Below are positions 34,222 to 44,235 of a stretch of 64,000 nucleotides of DNA, in pieces. Source of the DNA: an uncultured Pelagibacteraceae bacterium (GTDB lineage: Bacteria; Pseudomonadota; Alphaproteobacteria; Pelagibacterales; Pelagibacteraceae); the NCBI GenBank assembly GCA_902578255.1, contig CACHCH010000003.1:21091-85090 (forward strand), given 5' to 3'. The number at the start of each line of letters is the position of its first letter. Position 1 is the stretch's first letter. The notes below the pieces were generated by a model. It did not search any database. It had not been told where the DNA came from and saw only the letters and a list, made by a program, of their open reading frames with translations. A program made the position numbers and the translations under genes.

Positions 34222-35502
34222 TTATCTACCAAATTTAGTTTTTTTGATTAATTGTTCATACTGTGAACTCATCAATCTAGTTTGGATTTGTGTTACAGTA
34301 TCTATCGCGACTACTACGACAATTAAAATTGAGGCACCACCTAAGTAAAAAGGAATAGGATAATTTGCAATTAGAAATTCAGGCATTAAACATACCAAAG
34401 TTAAATATAAAGCACCAATAGTAGTAAGTTTCGTAGAAATATTTTGTATGTACATTGCAGTACTTTCACCCGGTCTAATACCAGGAACAAACCCACCATA
34501 TTTTCTTAAGTTTTCTGCAGTCTCCGTTGGATTGAATGTTATTGAAGTATAAAAAAAAGTGAAAAATATTATACCAGATGCATAGAGCAACATATATAGA
34601 GGCTGACCTTGTGTAAAAAATGAACTTAAATTTAAAAATGTTTCATTATCTGAAAACGAAAAATTTGAAAAAGTGACTGGTAATAATAGAAGTGCAGAAG
34701 CAAATATAGCAGGTATTACACCAGCTTGATTTATTTTTAAAGGTAAATGTGATGACTCTCCACCATACATTTTATTGCCCATTTGTCTCTTTGGATAATT
34801 TATAAGAATTTTTCTAAGTGCTCTTTCCATATATACAACAAACAATATTGTCAAAATTAGTAAAATAAAAATAGCCAATATCATAAATGTTGATACAGCA
34901 CCTGTTCTTCCGAGTTCAAAAGTAGTTACGAGAGCTCTAGGTATTTCCGCTACAATTCCCGCAAAGATTATTAATGATATACCATTGCCAATTCCTCTTT
35001 GAGTAATTTGTTCACCTAGCCACATTAAAAAAATAGTACCTGCTACAATAGTTGTCACAGTTGTGATTTTAAAGAAGGCTCCTGGGTTAATAACTAAATC
35101 TGCCGAGGACTCTAGACCGACTGATAAGCCATAACCTTGTACCGTTGCTAGCAAAACAGTTCCATATCTTGTAATTTGTGTAATTTTTGCTCTTCCAGTT
35201 TCTCCCTGTGCTTTTAAATTTTTAAAATAATCAGATACACCCGTTAAAAGTTGAACAATAATCGCGGAAGAGATATAGGGCATGATTCCAAGTGCAAAAA
35301 TTGCCATTCGGCTAACGGCGCCACCTGCGAATACATTAAACATTCCCAGTAATCCCTTTTGATTACCATCCATCATTATTTTTAATTGTTCTGGATCTAT
35401 ACCCGGGAGTGGAACAAAGGTTCCAAATCTATATACAGCAAGAATAAAAATAGTAAATATTATCCTATTTCTTAAATCAGTTGTTGATGATGAGTCGCTC
35501 AT
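34222..35502 (-). CDS. secY: Preprotein translocase subunit SecY
   Basis: IFALGIMPYISS, GIGNGISL, PGIRPG. Confidence 0.97.
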   Translation of the reverse strand: MSDSSSTTDLRNRIIFTIFILAVYRFGTFVPLPGIDPEQLKIMMDGNQKGLLGMFNVFAGGAVSRMAIFALGIMPYISSAIIVQLLTGVSDYFKNLKAQGETGRAKITQITRYGTVLLATVQGYGLSVGLESSADLVINPGAFFKITTVTTIVAGTIFLMWLGEQITQRGIGNGISLIIFAGIVAEIPRALVTTFELGRTGAVSTFMILAIFILLILTILFVVYMERALRKILINYPKRQMGNKMYGGESSHLPLKINQAGVIPAIFASALLLLPVTFSNFSFSDNETFLNLSSFFTQGQPLYMLLYASGIIFFTFFYTSITFNPTETAENLRKYGGFVPGIRPGESTAMYIQNISTKLTTIGALYLTLVCLMPEFLIANYPIPFYLGGASILIVVVVAIDTVTQIQTRLMSSQYEQLIKKTKFGR

Positions 35503-35511
35503 ATCAATTAA

Positions 35512-35964
35512 CTATTTATTTAGTTGAATAGATCCACCAATTTTTTCAAGTTTTTCTATTGCAGACTTTGAAGCTAAATCTGCTTCAATATTAATTTTAT
35601 CTTTGACTTCACCAGTACCTAAAATCTTAAGTTTTTTTGAATTCTTGTTAATTAATTTTAGTTTTTTTAATACATCAGAATTGAGTATTTCATTAGGGTT
35701 AATATTTTTCTTATCAATATATGATTGAATTTTTTTTAAATTTAAGATTGCAACTGTATCTTTTGAAATGGGATTAAATCCTCTTTTTGGTAATCTTCGA
35801 TATAATGGCATTTGACCACCTTCAAAACTTTTTATGGCTACACCAGATCTTGATTTTTGACCTTTAACACCTCTACCAGATGTTTTACCTTTACCAGAAC
35901 CAATACCTCTACCAACCCTAATTTTTGTTTTATTTATTTTTTGTCTATTATTTAAACTAATCAT
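35512..35964 (-). CDS. rplO: 50S ribosomal protein L15
   Basis: [28 protein letters not shown]. Confidence 0.97.
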   Translation of the reverse strand: MISLNNRQKINKTKIRVGRGIGSGKGKTSGRGVKGQKSRSGVAIKSFEGGQMPLYRRLPKRGFNPISKDTVAILNLKKIQSYIDKKNINPNEILNSDVLKKLKLINKNSKKLKILGTGEVKDKINIEADLASKSAIEKLEKIGGSIQLNK

Positions 35965-36479
35965 TATCCTCTTTTTTCAACTATTTCTGAAATTTTCTTA
36001 TTTCTTATTGCGGATATTTGTTTTGGTGAACTTTGTTTCAACAAAGCTTTCATTGTAGCTCTAATAACGTTATGTGCATTAGAAGTACCCATTGATTTAG
36101 CTACAATATCTTTAACCCCTAAAACTTCACAAACCGCTCTAACAGGTCCTCCAGCAATAATTCCTGTTCCTTTAGATGCTGCTCTTAAAACTATTCTTCC
36201 CGAACCATCTTTTGCTTTAACATCATGATGTATAGTTCTACCTTCCCTAAGAGGAATATGAGTAAGTTTTCTTCTAGCCATTTCATTAGCTTTTTTAATA
36301 GCATCTGGAACTTGTTTTGCTTTTGCATGAGCTATTCCAATTTTTCCAGCTTGATTGCCAACTACGACAAGTGCTGAAAAACCAAATCTTCTTCCACCCT
36401 TTACAACTTTAGTGATTCTATTTATGTGAACTAATTTTTCAAGTATGTCATCGTTTTTTTTATCTTTAAAATTTTCCAT
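35964..36479 (-). CDS. rpsE: 30S ribosomal protein S5
   Basis: [17 protein letters not shown]. Confidence 0.97.
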   Translation of the reverse strand: MENFKDKKNDDILEKLVHINRITKVVKGGRRFGFSALVVVGNQAGKIGIAHAKAKQVPDAIKKANEMARRKLTHIPLREGRTIHHDVKAKDGSGRIVLRAASKGTGIIAGGPVRAVCEVLGVKDIVAKSMGTSNAHNVIRATMKALLKQSSPKQISAIRNKKISEIVEKRG

Positions 36480-36480
36480 A

Positions 36481-36837
36481 TTAAAATTCCATTCCGTTTT
36501 CTCTTAAGGTTTCGGCAAAAGCTTTAACTCTACCGTGATACTTATAAGAACCTCTATCAAAGTATATTTTGGTTATATTCTTTTCTAGTGCCTTTTTTGC
36601 TAGTTTTAGAGCTACAAGTTTAGATAGTTCAGTTTTATTAATTTTATCACCAGATTTAAGATCCTTTTCAACTGACGATGCAGACAATAAAGTTATATTT
36701 TTAATATCATCAATTATTTGAGCCGAGATATTTTTTGCTGATCTTGAGATGCTCAATCTAAACCTGTCATTTGAAGCAACTTTTTTAACTTTATTGCTTA
36801 CTCTAAACCTTTTTCTAATACTTGTGTTTAGTTTCAT
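36481..36837 (-). CDS. rplR: 50S ribosomal protein L18
   Basis: [18 protein letters not shown]. Confidence 0.96.
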   Translation of the reverse strand: MKLNTSIRKRFRVSNKVKKVASNDRFRLSISRSAKNISAQIIDDIKNITLLSASSVEKDLKSGDKINKTELSKLVALKLAKKALEKNITKIYFDRGSYKYHGRVKAFAETLRENGMEF

Positions 36838-37376
36838 TATTTTTTCTTTCCTTCTTTTTTAAGAACATATTGCCCTTTTTCTCTTACGCCCTTACCTTTA
36901 TAAGGTTCTATTTTTCTAAAGGTTTTAATTTTGGATGCAACAGCACCAACAAGTTGCTTATCTGATCCTGTAATTTTTAAGGTTGTTTGTTTTTCAACTG
37001 AAATTTTAATCCCCTCAGGTATATCAAAATTAATATCGTGACTATATCCTAATTGTAAATTTAATTGATTACCTTTAAGAGCGGCTCTATATCCTACCCC
37101 AACCAATTCTAAGATTTTTTCATAACCAGTGCTAGAACCTACAACAGCATTGTTGATTAAGCTTCTATTCATGCCCCAAAGTCTTTTTGAATTTTGGTCG
37201 ACTTTTTTAGGTTTGATTGAAATTTCTTTTCCTTCTTTTATATTTAAATTAAACATATCAAGATCAATATTGATTGATTTTTTACCTAAAGGACCTTCGA
37301 TATTGATTATATTGCCAGCTAAAGCGACTTTTACTTTTTCAGGAATTAATATATTTATTTTACCTATTTTAGACAT
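36837..37376 (-). CDS. rplF: 50S ribosomal protein L6
   Basis: MSKIGK, GVGYRA, EPYKGKG. Confidence 0.97.
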   Translation of the reverse strand: MSKIGKINILIPEKVKVALAGNIINIEGPLGKKSINIDLDMFNLNIKEGKEISIKPKKVDQNSKRLWGMNRSLINNAVVGSSTGYEKILELVGVGYRAALKGNQLNLQLGYSHDINFDIPEGIKISVEKQTTLKITGSDKQLVGAVASKIKTFRKIEPYKGKGVREKGQYVLKKEGKKK

Positions 37377-37771
37377 TAAAATACCTTACAAATTATTTCT
37401 CCACCAACTTTTTGTTTTCTGGCATCAATATCTGTCATAACGCCTTTTGGAGTAGAGATTATAGCGATACCAAGTCCATTATTAATTTTCGGTAGACCAT
37501 TAGCACTTGAGAAAATTCTTCTTCCAGGCTTTGAAACTCTTTCAAAAGCACTAATGACTGGATTTCCTGAATGATATTTTAATTCTAATGATAAAGTAGG
37601 TTTCTTATCTTCAGAATTTATTTTAAAATCTTTTATAAATCCCTCATTTTTTAAAATATCAGCAATTTTTGTTTTAAATTTAGAAGAAGGTAATTCAACT
37701 TTTTTATGATTTCTAGCCTGAGCATTTTTTACTCTTGCAATCATATCTCCTATTGGGTCACTTAAACTCAT
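37376..37771 (-). CDS. rpsH: 30S ribosomal protein S8
   Basis: DPIGDM, SKPGRR, STPKGVM, GGE. Confidence 0.97.
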   Translation of the reverse strand: MSLSDPIGDMIARVKNAQARNHKKVELPSSKFKTKIADILKNEGFIKDFKINSEDKKPTLSLELKYHSGNPVISAFERVSKPGRRIFSSANGLPKINNGLGIAIISTPKGVMTDIDARKQKVGGEIICKVF

Positions 37772-37782
37772 ATTTATCCTTT

Positions 37783-38088
37783 CTACCAGCTAGATTTAAC
37801 TAGTCCTGGTATCTTTCCTTGTAATCCTAATTGTCTTAATGCAATTCTAGAAATTTTTAATTTTCTATAAACTCCATGTGGTCTTCCTGTAATTTCACAT
37901 CTATTCATAACTCTTGTCTTTGCTGAGTTTCTTGGCAACTTTGATAATTTTTGTTGTGCTTTAAATCTTTCTTCAAGTGTGATTTTCTTGTCCATCACTA
38001 TTTTCTTTAAAGCTGTTCTTTTCTTATACAGCCTATCAGATAATTTAATCCTTTTTTTATTTTTATTTACAGCACTTAATTTAGCCAT
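37783..38088 (-). CDS. rpsN: 30S ribosomal protein S14 (zinc-independent long form)
   Basis: LPRNS, NRCEITGRP, PGLVKSSW. Confidence 0.97.
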   Translation of the reverse strand: MAKLSAVNKNKKRIKLSDRLYKKRTALKKIVMDKKITLEERFKAQQKLSKLPRNSAKTRVMNRCEITGRPHGVYRKLKISRIALRQLGLQGKIPGLVKSSW

Positions 38089-38090
38089 GT

Positions 38091-38645
38091 TTAATTATCT
38101 CCTTTTTTTATAAATGGAAAATTCATTTTTTCTAATAATGCAAAACTATGTTCTTTATTGATAGCTTTTATTACGATTATAATATCTAGGCCTCTCACTT
38201 TATCAGCTCTTTCAAAGCTAACTTCAGGAAAAATTATATGTTCTTTAATACCAAAAGTGTAATTGCCAAATTTATCAAACCCTTTTGGAGATAATCCTCT
38301 AAAGTCTTTAATTCTAGGTAAGGCAATATTAACTAGTCTATCTAAAAATTCATACATCTTGTTCTTTCTAAGTGTAACTTTTAAACCAGCATTAGATCCT
38401 TTTCTTGTTTTAAAATTTGCAACTGACTTTTTAAATTTTGTTGTAACTGGTTTTTGTCCGGTGATCTTGGCCATATCTTCCTCACATGATTTTAAGATTT
38501 TTGCATCCGAAGCATCTAAACCAAGACCCATATTTAAAACTATTTTTTCAATTTTTGGTGCCATATAAATATTTTTAAATCCAAATTTATCTTTCAATGC
38601 CGGCTGTATTTCTTTGTTGAATATTTCTTTTAATCTTGGTGTCAT
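38091..38645 (-). CDS. rplE: 50S ribosomal protein L5
   Basis: KIVLNMG, ITGQKP, LPRIKDFRG, IFPE. Confidence 0.97.
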   Translation of the reverse strand: MTPRLKEIFNKEIQPALKDKFGFKNIYMAPKIEKIVLNMGLGLDASDAKILKSCEEDMAKITGQKPVTTKFKKSVANFKTRKGSNAGLKVTLRKNKMYEFLDRLVNIALPRIKDFRGLSPKGFDKFGNYTFGIKEHIIFPEVSFERADKVRGLDIIIVIKAINKEHSFALLEKMNFPFIKKGDN

Positions 38646-38890
38646 TATTTTTTAGCCTCTTTTTTTTTCGTAGCTTTTTCATCAATTAATTTTAAATTAG
38701 ACAAATGAATAAAGCTCTCTTTTGGAAAAATACCACCTTTTTTCTCTTTAGTAGTTTTGACATGCTTTTTAACCATATTAATTTCTTTTACTTTTGCCCT
38801 GTTATTTGCTCTATCAATTTCAATAACTTCGCCTTCTTTTTTCCTATCTTTACCAGTCAAAACTCTCACTTTTAAACCTTTTTTAATCAT
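38645..38890 (-). CDS. rplX: 50S ribosomal protein L24
   Basis: KOW-like [18 protein letters not shown]; position in spc operon. Confidence 0.93.
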   Translation of the reverse strand: MIKKGLKVRVLTGKDRKKEGEVIEIDRANNRAKVKEINMVKKHVKTTKEKKGGIFPKESFIHLSNLKLIDEKATKKKEAKK

Positions 38891-38891
38891 C

Positions 38892-39260
38892 TTATAAAAC
38901 CTCCGGTGCTAGTGAGATGATCTTCATTTGACCTCTGCTTCTTAATTCTCTTGTAACAGGTCCAAAAATTCTAGTACCTACTGGTTCACCCTTATCATCT
39001 ACTAAAACTGCTGCATTATTGTCAAATTTTACTTTTGAACCATCATTTCTATGTATCCCTTTTTTAACTCTGACAACAACTGCCTTATGAACTGTCCCTT
39101 TTTTGACTTTACCTTTGGGTATAGCCTCTTTAACAGCTATAACTATAGTATCACCAATGCTTGCATATCTTCTTTTAGATCCGCCAAGAACTTTAATACA
39201 CTCTATTCTTTTTGCACCAGTATTATCAGCTACTTGCAATTCTGTTTGTACACCAATCAT
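38892..39260 (-). CDS. rplN: 50S ribosomal protein L14
   Basis: [23 protein letters not shown]. Confidence 0.98.
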   Translation of the reverse strand: MIGVQTELQVADNTGAKRIECIKVLGGSKRRYASIGDTIVIAVKEAIPKGKVKKGTVHKAVVVRVKKGIHRNDGSKVKFDNNAAVLVDDKGEPVGTRIFGPVTRELRSRGQMKIISLAPEVL

Positions 39261-39496
39261 TATTTTGTATTCCCCATAACTTGAAATTTTTTATTTTTTG
39301 AAAAAGGCTTACTTTCAATTATTGATACTTTGTCGCCAGTTTTGAATTTATTATTTTCATCGTGAGCATTATAGTTTTTTCTAACTCTAATTACTTTTTT
39401 AAGTACAGGATGGGAATACTTTCTTTCAACCATAACTGTGATAGTTTTGTTTGGCTTATCACTTATAACTACACCTGTTAATATTTTTTTAGGCAT
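39260..39496 (-). CDS. rpsQ: 30S ribosomal protein S17
   Basis: GVVISDK..KTITV, AHDENN, SKNK. Confidence 0.96.
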   Translation of the reverse strand: MPKKILTGVVISDKPNKTITVMVERKYSHPVLKKVIRVRKNYNAHDENNKFKTGDKVSIIESKPFSKNKKFQVMGNTK

Positions 39497-39680
39497 TTAT
39501 TTTCCCTTTTAAAATAGTTTTTAATCTAGCTATTGTTTTTCTTGTTTCACCAATTTTAGCTGGATTTGTTATTTGTGAATTCATTTTCTGAAATCTAAAA
39601 TTAAAAAGATCTTTTTTAAGTTTCTCAATGTTTTTCAAAACTTCATCTTTTGATAATTTTTTTATTTCTTGCTTTTTCAT
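39489..39680 (-). CDS. rpmC: 50S ribosomal protein L29
   Basis: LFNFRFQK, RKTIARLKT; operon position. Confidence 0.94.
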   Translation of the reverse strand: MKKQEIKKLSKDEVLKNIEKLKKDLFNFRFQKMNSQITNPAKIGETRKTIARLKTILKGKINA

Positions 39681-40090
39681 TACACAAATCTCTTAATTGT
39701 TTTTGTTTTAATTGGTAATTTTGCTGAAGCTTTATATAACGCCTCTTTTGCTATCAGTTCTGAAACACCATCAACCTCAAATAAAATTCTACCTGGTTTA
39801 ACTCTACAAGCAAAATACTCTGGTGATCCTTTTCCTTTACCCATTCTAACTTCTATTGGTTTCTTGGAAACAGGTATATTTGGAAAAATTCTTGTCCAAA
39901 CCCTACCTTGTCTTTTCATATGCCTTGTTAAAGCTACTCTAGCAGCTTCAATTTGTTTACCAGTTATTCTTTCTGGCTGTAAAGCTTTTAGTGCATAAGC
40001 TCCATAATTTATAGTACTTGCTCTTGTAGCAGTTCCATGAATTCTACCTTTATGAGCTTTTCTCCACTTAGTTCTTACTGGTTGTAACAT
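39680..40090 (-). CDS. rplP: 50S ribosomal protein L16
   Basis: [19 protein letters not shown]. Confidence 0.98.
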   Translation of the reverse strand: MLQPVRTKWRKAHKGRIHGTATRASTINYGAYALKALQPERITGKQIEAARVALTRHMKRQGRVWTRIFPNIPVSKKPIEVRMGKGKGSPEYFACRVKPGRILFEVDGVSELIAKEALYKASAKLPIKTKTIKRFV

Positions 40091-40770
40091 TACTGCTTGC
40101 CCTCTTGTGGTGTTGCTTTATTTGTTTCTTGACTAAATTCTCTTGCAAAAACCTCACCTTTATAAATCCAAACTTTAATTCCAATAATTCCATATGTAGT
40201 TAGTGCTTCTGCTTCAGCATAATCTATATCTGCTCTTAATGTATGTGAAGGTATACTTCCATCTCTTAACCACTCAGTTCTAGCAATTTCATTCCCACCT
40301 AATCTTCCACTAACAGAGACTTTGATGCCTTTAGCACCTAATCTAATACAAGATTGCATTGCTCTTTTCATAGCTCTTCTGTAGGAAATTCTTTTAACAA
40401 GTTGTTGTGCAATATTTTCTGCAACTAGATAGGAATTGGTCTCAGGTTTTTTTACTTCTTTAATATTTAAATTTACTTCATTAGTTGTAAATTTCGATAG
40501 ATTATTTTTTATTTTATCTATGTCACTTCCCTTTTTACCAATCACAAAACCAGGTCTAGAAGTATAAATAGTTACGTAACATTTGTTAGATGTTCGTTCA
40601 ATCATAACTTTTGATACACCAGAATTTATAACGTTTTTTTTTATATATTCACGGATTTTAAAATCTTCGATCAAGTAGTTACCAAAATCTTTTTTCTTAG
40701 CGTACCAAACAGAGTCCCAGCCTCTGTTCACACCTAACCTAAAACCTACAGGATTAACTTTTTGCCCCAT
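40090..40770 (-). CDS. rpsC: 30S ribosomal protein S3
   Basis: [25 protein letters not shown]. Confidence 0.98.
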   Translation of the reverse strand: MGQKVNPVGFRLGVNRGWDSVWYAKKKDFGNYLIEDFKIREYIKKNVINSGVSKVMIERTSNKCYVTIYTSRPGFVIGKKGSDIDKIKNNLSKFTTNEVNLNIKEVKKPETNSYLVAENIAQQLVKRISYRRAMKRAMQSCIRLGAKGIKVSVSGRLGGNEIARTEWLRDGSIPSHTLRADIDYAEAEALTTYGIIGIKVWIYKGEVFAREFSQETNKATPQEGKQ

Positions 40771-41152
40771 GCTTCTCCAATTTTTTAGTTTCTGATAATA
40801 TTATTGTAACCGTGGACCAAGGCTTCAAAATAGGAGCGGCTCTCCCTTTTGCGCGTGGTCTAAATCTTTTCATAACTATTTTTTTTCCACAATATGCCTC
40901 TTTCACAACTAAATTATCAATGTCATACTGAAAGTTATTTTCTGCGTTTGCAACTGCCGAGCTAATAGTTTTTCTGATATCTTTAGTAATTCTTTTTTCA
41001 GAAAACTGTAAATCTCTAATTGCTATATCAACTTTTTTTCCAACAATACTTTTTAGTATTGGATTAAGCTTTCTAATACTTGATCTGACACCATTATTGA
41101 TAGACTTTACTGTCTTATCTTTATTTTTATCAATTTTCTTTTTTTTACCCAT
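40754..41152 (-). CDS. rplV: 50S ribosomal protein L22
   Basis: SAVANAENN, KRFRPRAKGRA. Confidence 0.96.
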   Translation of the reverse strand: MGKKKKIDKNKDKTVKSINNGVRSSIRKLNPILKSIVGKKVDIAIRDLQFSEKRITKDIRKTISSAVANAENNFQYDIDNLVVKEAYCGKKIVMKRFRPRAKGRAAPILKPWSTVTIILSETKKLEKHGAKS

Positions 41153-41154
41153 AA

Positions 41155-41451
41155 TTATTTTTTCTCTGCCGTAGCTGGTTTAGCTTTTTTATCTGCTGGT
41201 GTATGACCAAAAAATGTTCTAGTTGGTGCAAACTCACCAAGCTTATGTCCAACCATATCTTCTGATACTGTGATTGGAATAAATTTTTTTCCATTATAAA
41301 TTTGGAAACTAACTCCTACAAAATCAGGTAAAATAGTTGATTTTCTAGACCATGTTTTAATAGGAATTTTTTTTGGGTCATCTTTATATTTATCAACTTT
41401 TTTAATTAGACTTTCCTCTACAAAAGGTCCTTTCCAAACTGCTCTAGACAT
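41155..41451 (-). CDS. rpsS: 30S ribosomal protein S19
   Basis: [23 protein letters not shown]. Confidence 0.98.
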   Translation of the reverse strand: MSRAVWKGPFVEESLIKKVDKYKDDPKKIPIKTWSRKSTILPDFVGVSFQIYNGKKFIPITVSEDMVGHKLGEFAPTRTFFGHTPADKKAKPATAEKK

Positions 41452-42290
41452 TACTTGGTATCCTTTCTTTTGTTTCTTCTCTTAACTATAAATTTATCTG
41501 TTCTCTTATTGTCTCTTGTTTTTAATCCTTTAGCTGATTGACCTGTAGGTGAAACAGGATGTCTACCGCCAGCAGATTTACCTTCACCTCCTCCGTGAGG
41601 GTGATCCACAGGGTTTTTAACAACACCTCTAGTATGAGGTCTTCTTCCCAACCATCTTGATCTACCTGCTTTTCCAATTTTAATATTTTTTTGATCCGGA
41701 TTACTTAAAATTCCTATTGTAGCTAAAGCTCTAGAGTCAATTTTTCTAACTTCACCTGATGAAAGTTTAATTAAACTATAATTTCCATCTAAACCGCTTA
41801 TTGTGACTGATGAACCTGCTGATCTAGCAATTTTTCCGCCCCCACCAGGCTGAATTTCTACGTTATGAATATTGATACCGACCGGGATATCTTGCAATGG
41901 CATACAGTTGCCTATTTTAATCTCTTTTTTAGATCCGCTCTCAATTTTGTCACCCACTTTTATTTTTTGAGGTGCTAGAAAATATGCATGAGTTCCATCT
42001 TCAAACTTGACCAACATGATATAGCACGATCTATTTGGGTCGTATTCTACTCTTTCAACAGTAGCTTTCATGTCAAATTTCTTTCTATAAAAGTCAACAT
42101 GTCTGTACATTTTTTTGTGACCACCTGCTCTATTTATTGAAGTAATATGACCGTTATTATTTCTACCTTTCATTGCATTTTTTGGAGAAACAAGTGACTT
42201 GAATGGTTTACCTTTCCATAGTTCAGTTCTGTCAACTAAAATCGTGCCTCTAGTAGATTTTGTGTATGGTTTAAAAGTTTTTAATGCCAT
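41451..42290 (-). CDS. rplB: 50S ribosomal protein L2
   Basis: [24 protein letters not shown]. Confidence 0.98.
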   Translation of the reverse strand: MALKTFKPYTKSTRGTILVDRTELWKGKPFKSLVSPKNAMKGRNNNGHITSINRAGGHKKMYRHVDFYRKKFDMKATVERVEYDPNRSCYIMLVKFEDGTHAYFLAPQKIKVGDKIESGSKKEIKIGNCMPLQDIPVGINIHNVEIQPGGGGKIARSAGSSVTISGLDGNYSLIKLSSGEVRKIDSRALATIGILSNPDQKNIKIGKAGRSRWLGRRPHTRGVVKNPVDHPHGGGEGKSAGGRHPVSPTGQSAKGLKTRDNKRTDKFIVKRRNKRKDTK

Positions 42291-42293
42291 TAA

Positions 42294-42587
42294 TTAAATT
42301 CCTGTTGTTAGATCAATACTCTGACCTTTTTTAAGTGTAATTATTGCTTTTTTAAATCCTGAAACTTTTACTTTTTTTCCTCTAGTTATTTTAGTTCTGT
42401 TCTGCTTATTTATAATATTAATTTTGGTAACATTTACTTTAAAAATTTTTTCAATATTTTTTTTTAGATTTTTTTTATTGGCTCCGTCGGGTACTTTAAA
42501 TGTAATCTTATTTAACTCAGATAAATTAGTTGATTTCTCTGTAACAACTGGCGAAAGAATTTTATCGTATAAATGTATTTTATCCAT
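42294..42587 (-). CDS. rplW: 50S ribosomal protein L23
   Basis: PVVTEKS, KKAIITL. Confidence 0.96.
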   Translation of the reverse strand: MDKIHLYDKILSPVVTEKSTNLSELNKITFKVPDGANKKNLKKNIEKIFKVNVTKINIINKQNRTKITRGKKVKVSGFKKAIITLKKGQSIDLTTGI

Positions 42588-42588
42588 T

Positions 42589-43212
42589 TTAAGAATATCT
42601 CTTTTCTAGTTCTTTTACTGAACTTTCTGTAAATACAACTTTTTTAAATTTAACTATGTCATAGGCACTAAAATGATTAACGTCTGTGACTTTAACATTT
42701 GGGATATTTCTTGCTGACTTTTCAATTTTTTCTTTAGAATTTTTATCTAGTATTAATAGTGAGTTTGAAATTTCTAATTTGTTAATTATCAAGCTCATTT
42801 CCTTAGTTTTTTTAATTTCAGAATTAAAATCATTTAAGATTAATAAATTTTTATTATTATTTTTTTCAGTGATTAACGATGCAACACTCAATTTTTTTTC
42901 ATTTTTATTTAATTTTCTTTTTTTGTACGCTAGTTCGCCTTTTGGTCCATGAGCTATACCACCTCCAACAAAAATCGGAGCTTTTCTACTTGCGTGTCTA
43001 GCTCCACCAGTACCTTTTTGCGCATAAATTTTTGAGGTTGGGCCTCTAACTTCATTTTGCTGCTTAGTTTTTGCGTGTCTGCCTTTATAATTTGCATTTG
43101 TTTTATAAAGTACGCTACTAACAAGTTTGTTATTAACCTTTGCTGAGAAAATTTTATCTAGCACTTCTATGCTTTCTTTTTTTCCGTCTATACTAATTTT
43201 ATCCAATTTCAT
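42589..43212 (-). CDS. rplD: 50S ribosomal protein L4
   Basis: QKGTGGARH, GGGIAHGP, SARNIP. Confidence 0.97.
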   Translation of the reverse strand: MKLDKISIDGKKESIEVLDKIFSAKVNNKLVSSVLYKTNANYKGRHAKTKQQNEVRGPTSKIYAQKGTGGARHASRKAPIFVGGGIAHGPKGELAYKKRKLNKNEKKLSVASLITEKNNNKNLLILNDFNSEIKKTKEMSLIINKLEISNSLLILDKNSKEKIEKSARNIPNVKVTDVNHFSAYDIVKFKKVVFTESSVKELEKRYS

Positions 43213-43922
43213 TATTTTTTCTTTTTATCAGGTGTTTTTTTTGCTTGCTCTGCAGCAGCTAGTTTTTCTGTTATAGTCATTTTACTTATATTTTTAACTG
43301 AACCCTTAACTAATACTTCTGAATTTTTTGAGCCTGGAATTGATCCTTTTAAATAAAGTAGTTCGTTTTCTAAATCTGTTTTGATAATTTCAATATTTTG
43401 CATCGTTCTTAATTTATCACCCATATGACCTGCCATTTTCTTACCTTTAAAAACTTTTCCTGGATCCTGGCTATGACCTGTTGAACCATGTGCTCTATGA
43501 GAAATAGATACTCCGTGACTGGCTCTTAGGCCACCAAAATTGTGTCTTTTCATAGCACCTGCAAAACCTTTACCGATCGTTTTTGATCTTGTGTCTACAA
43601 ATTTAGTATCCTTGAAAATTTCCAAACCAAACTCATTGCCTTCTTTGTATACAGAAGTGTCATTTACTCTAAATTCTTTTAATTTTTTCTTTGCTTCAGT
43701 ATTTTTTTTTGCAAAAAAACCTTTCATGGCTTTTGTTAGCTTCGAATTTTTAATCTTACCATATCCAAGCTGCACTGCTTTATATCCACGATTTTGTTTC
43801 TCAATAACTTGAATTACTCTAGCCTTCTCAACTTTTAAAACTGTAACCGGCACTATCTGACCGGATTTATAAAATTCTCTAGTCATTCCAATTTTTTTAC
43901 CTATTAAAGCTATTTCACTCAT
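43212..43922 (-). CDS. rplC: 50S ribosomal protein L3
   Basis: GKKIGMT, GKGFAGAMKRH, KGKKMAGHMG. Confidence 0.97.
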   Translation of the reverse strand: MSEIALIGKKIGMTREFYKSGQIVPVTVLKVEKARVIQVIEKQNRGYKAVQLGYGKIKNSKLTKAMKGFFAKKNTEAKKKLKEFRVNDTSVYKEGNEFGLEIFKDTKFVDTRSKTIGKGFAGAMKRHNFGGLRASHGVSISHRAHGSTGHSQDPGKVFKGKKMAGHMGDKLRTMQNIEIIKTDLENELLYLKGSIPGSKNSEVLVKGSVKNISKMTITEKLAAAEQAKKTPDKKKK

Positions 43923-43924
43923 AA

Positions 43925-44233
43925 TTATATTTTTATTTCCACATCTACACCAGAAGCTAAGTCTAACTTCATTAATGCTTCTACTGTTTGAGGTGTTGGT
44001 TCAATAATATCTATTAATCTTTTGTGTGTTCTAGATTCAAATTGTTCTCTACTTTTTTTATCAATATGAGGAGATCTTAATACAGTATATCTCTCTATCC
44101 TTGTCGGTAGAGGTATTGGTCCTTTAATTGAAGCGCCAGTTCTTTTTACAGTATTTACAATTTCTTCAGTTGATGCATCCAATACTTTGTTATCGTAGGC
44201 TCTAAGTTTAATTCTAATATTCTGCTTTTCCAT
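43925..44233 (-). CDS. rpsJ: 30S ribosomal protein S10
   Basis: [22 protein letters not shown]. Confidence 0.98.
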   Translation of the reverse strand: MEKQNIRIKLRAYDNKVLDASTEEIVNTVKRTGASIKGPIPLPTRIERYTVLRSPHIDKKSREQFESRTHKRLIDIIEPTPQTVEALMKLDLASGVDVEIKI

Positions 44234-44235
44234 GA

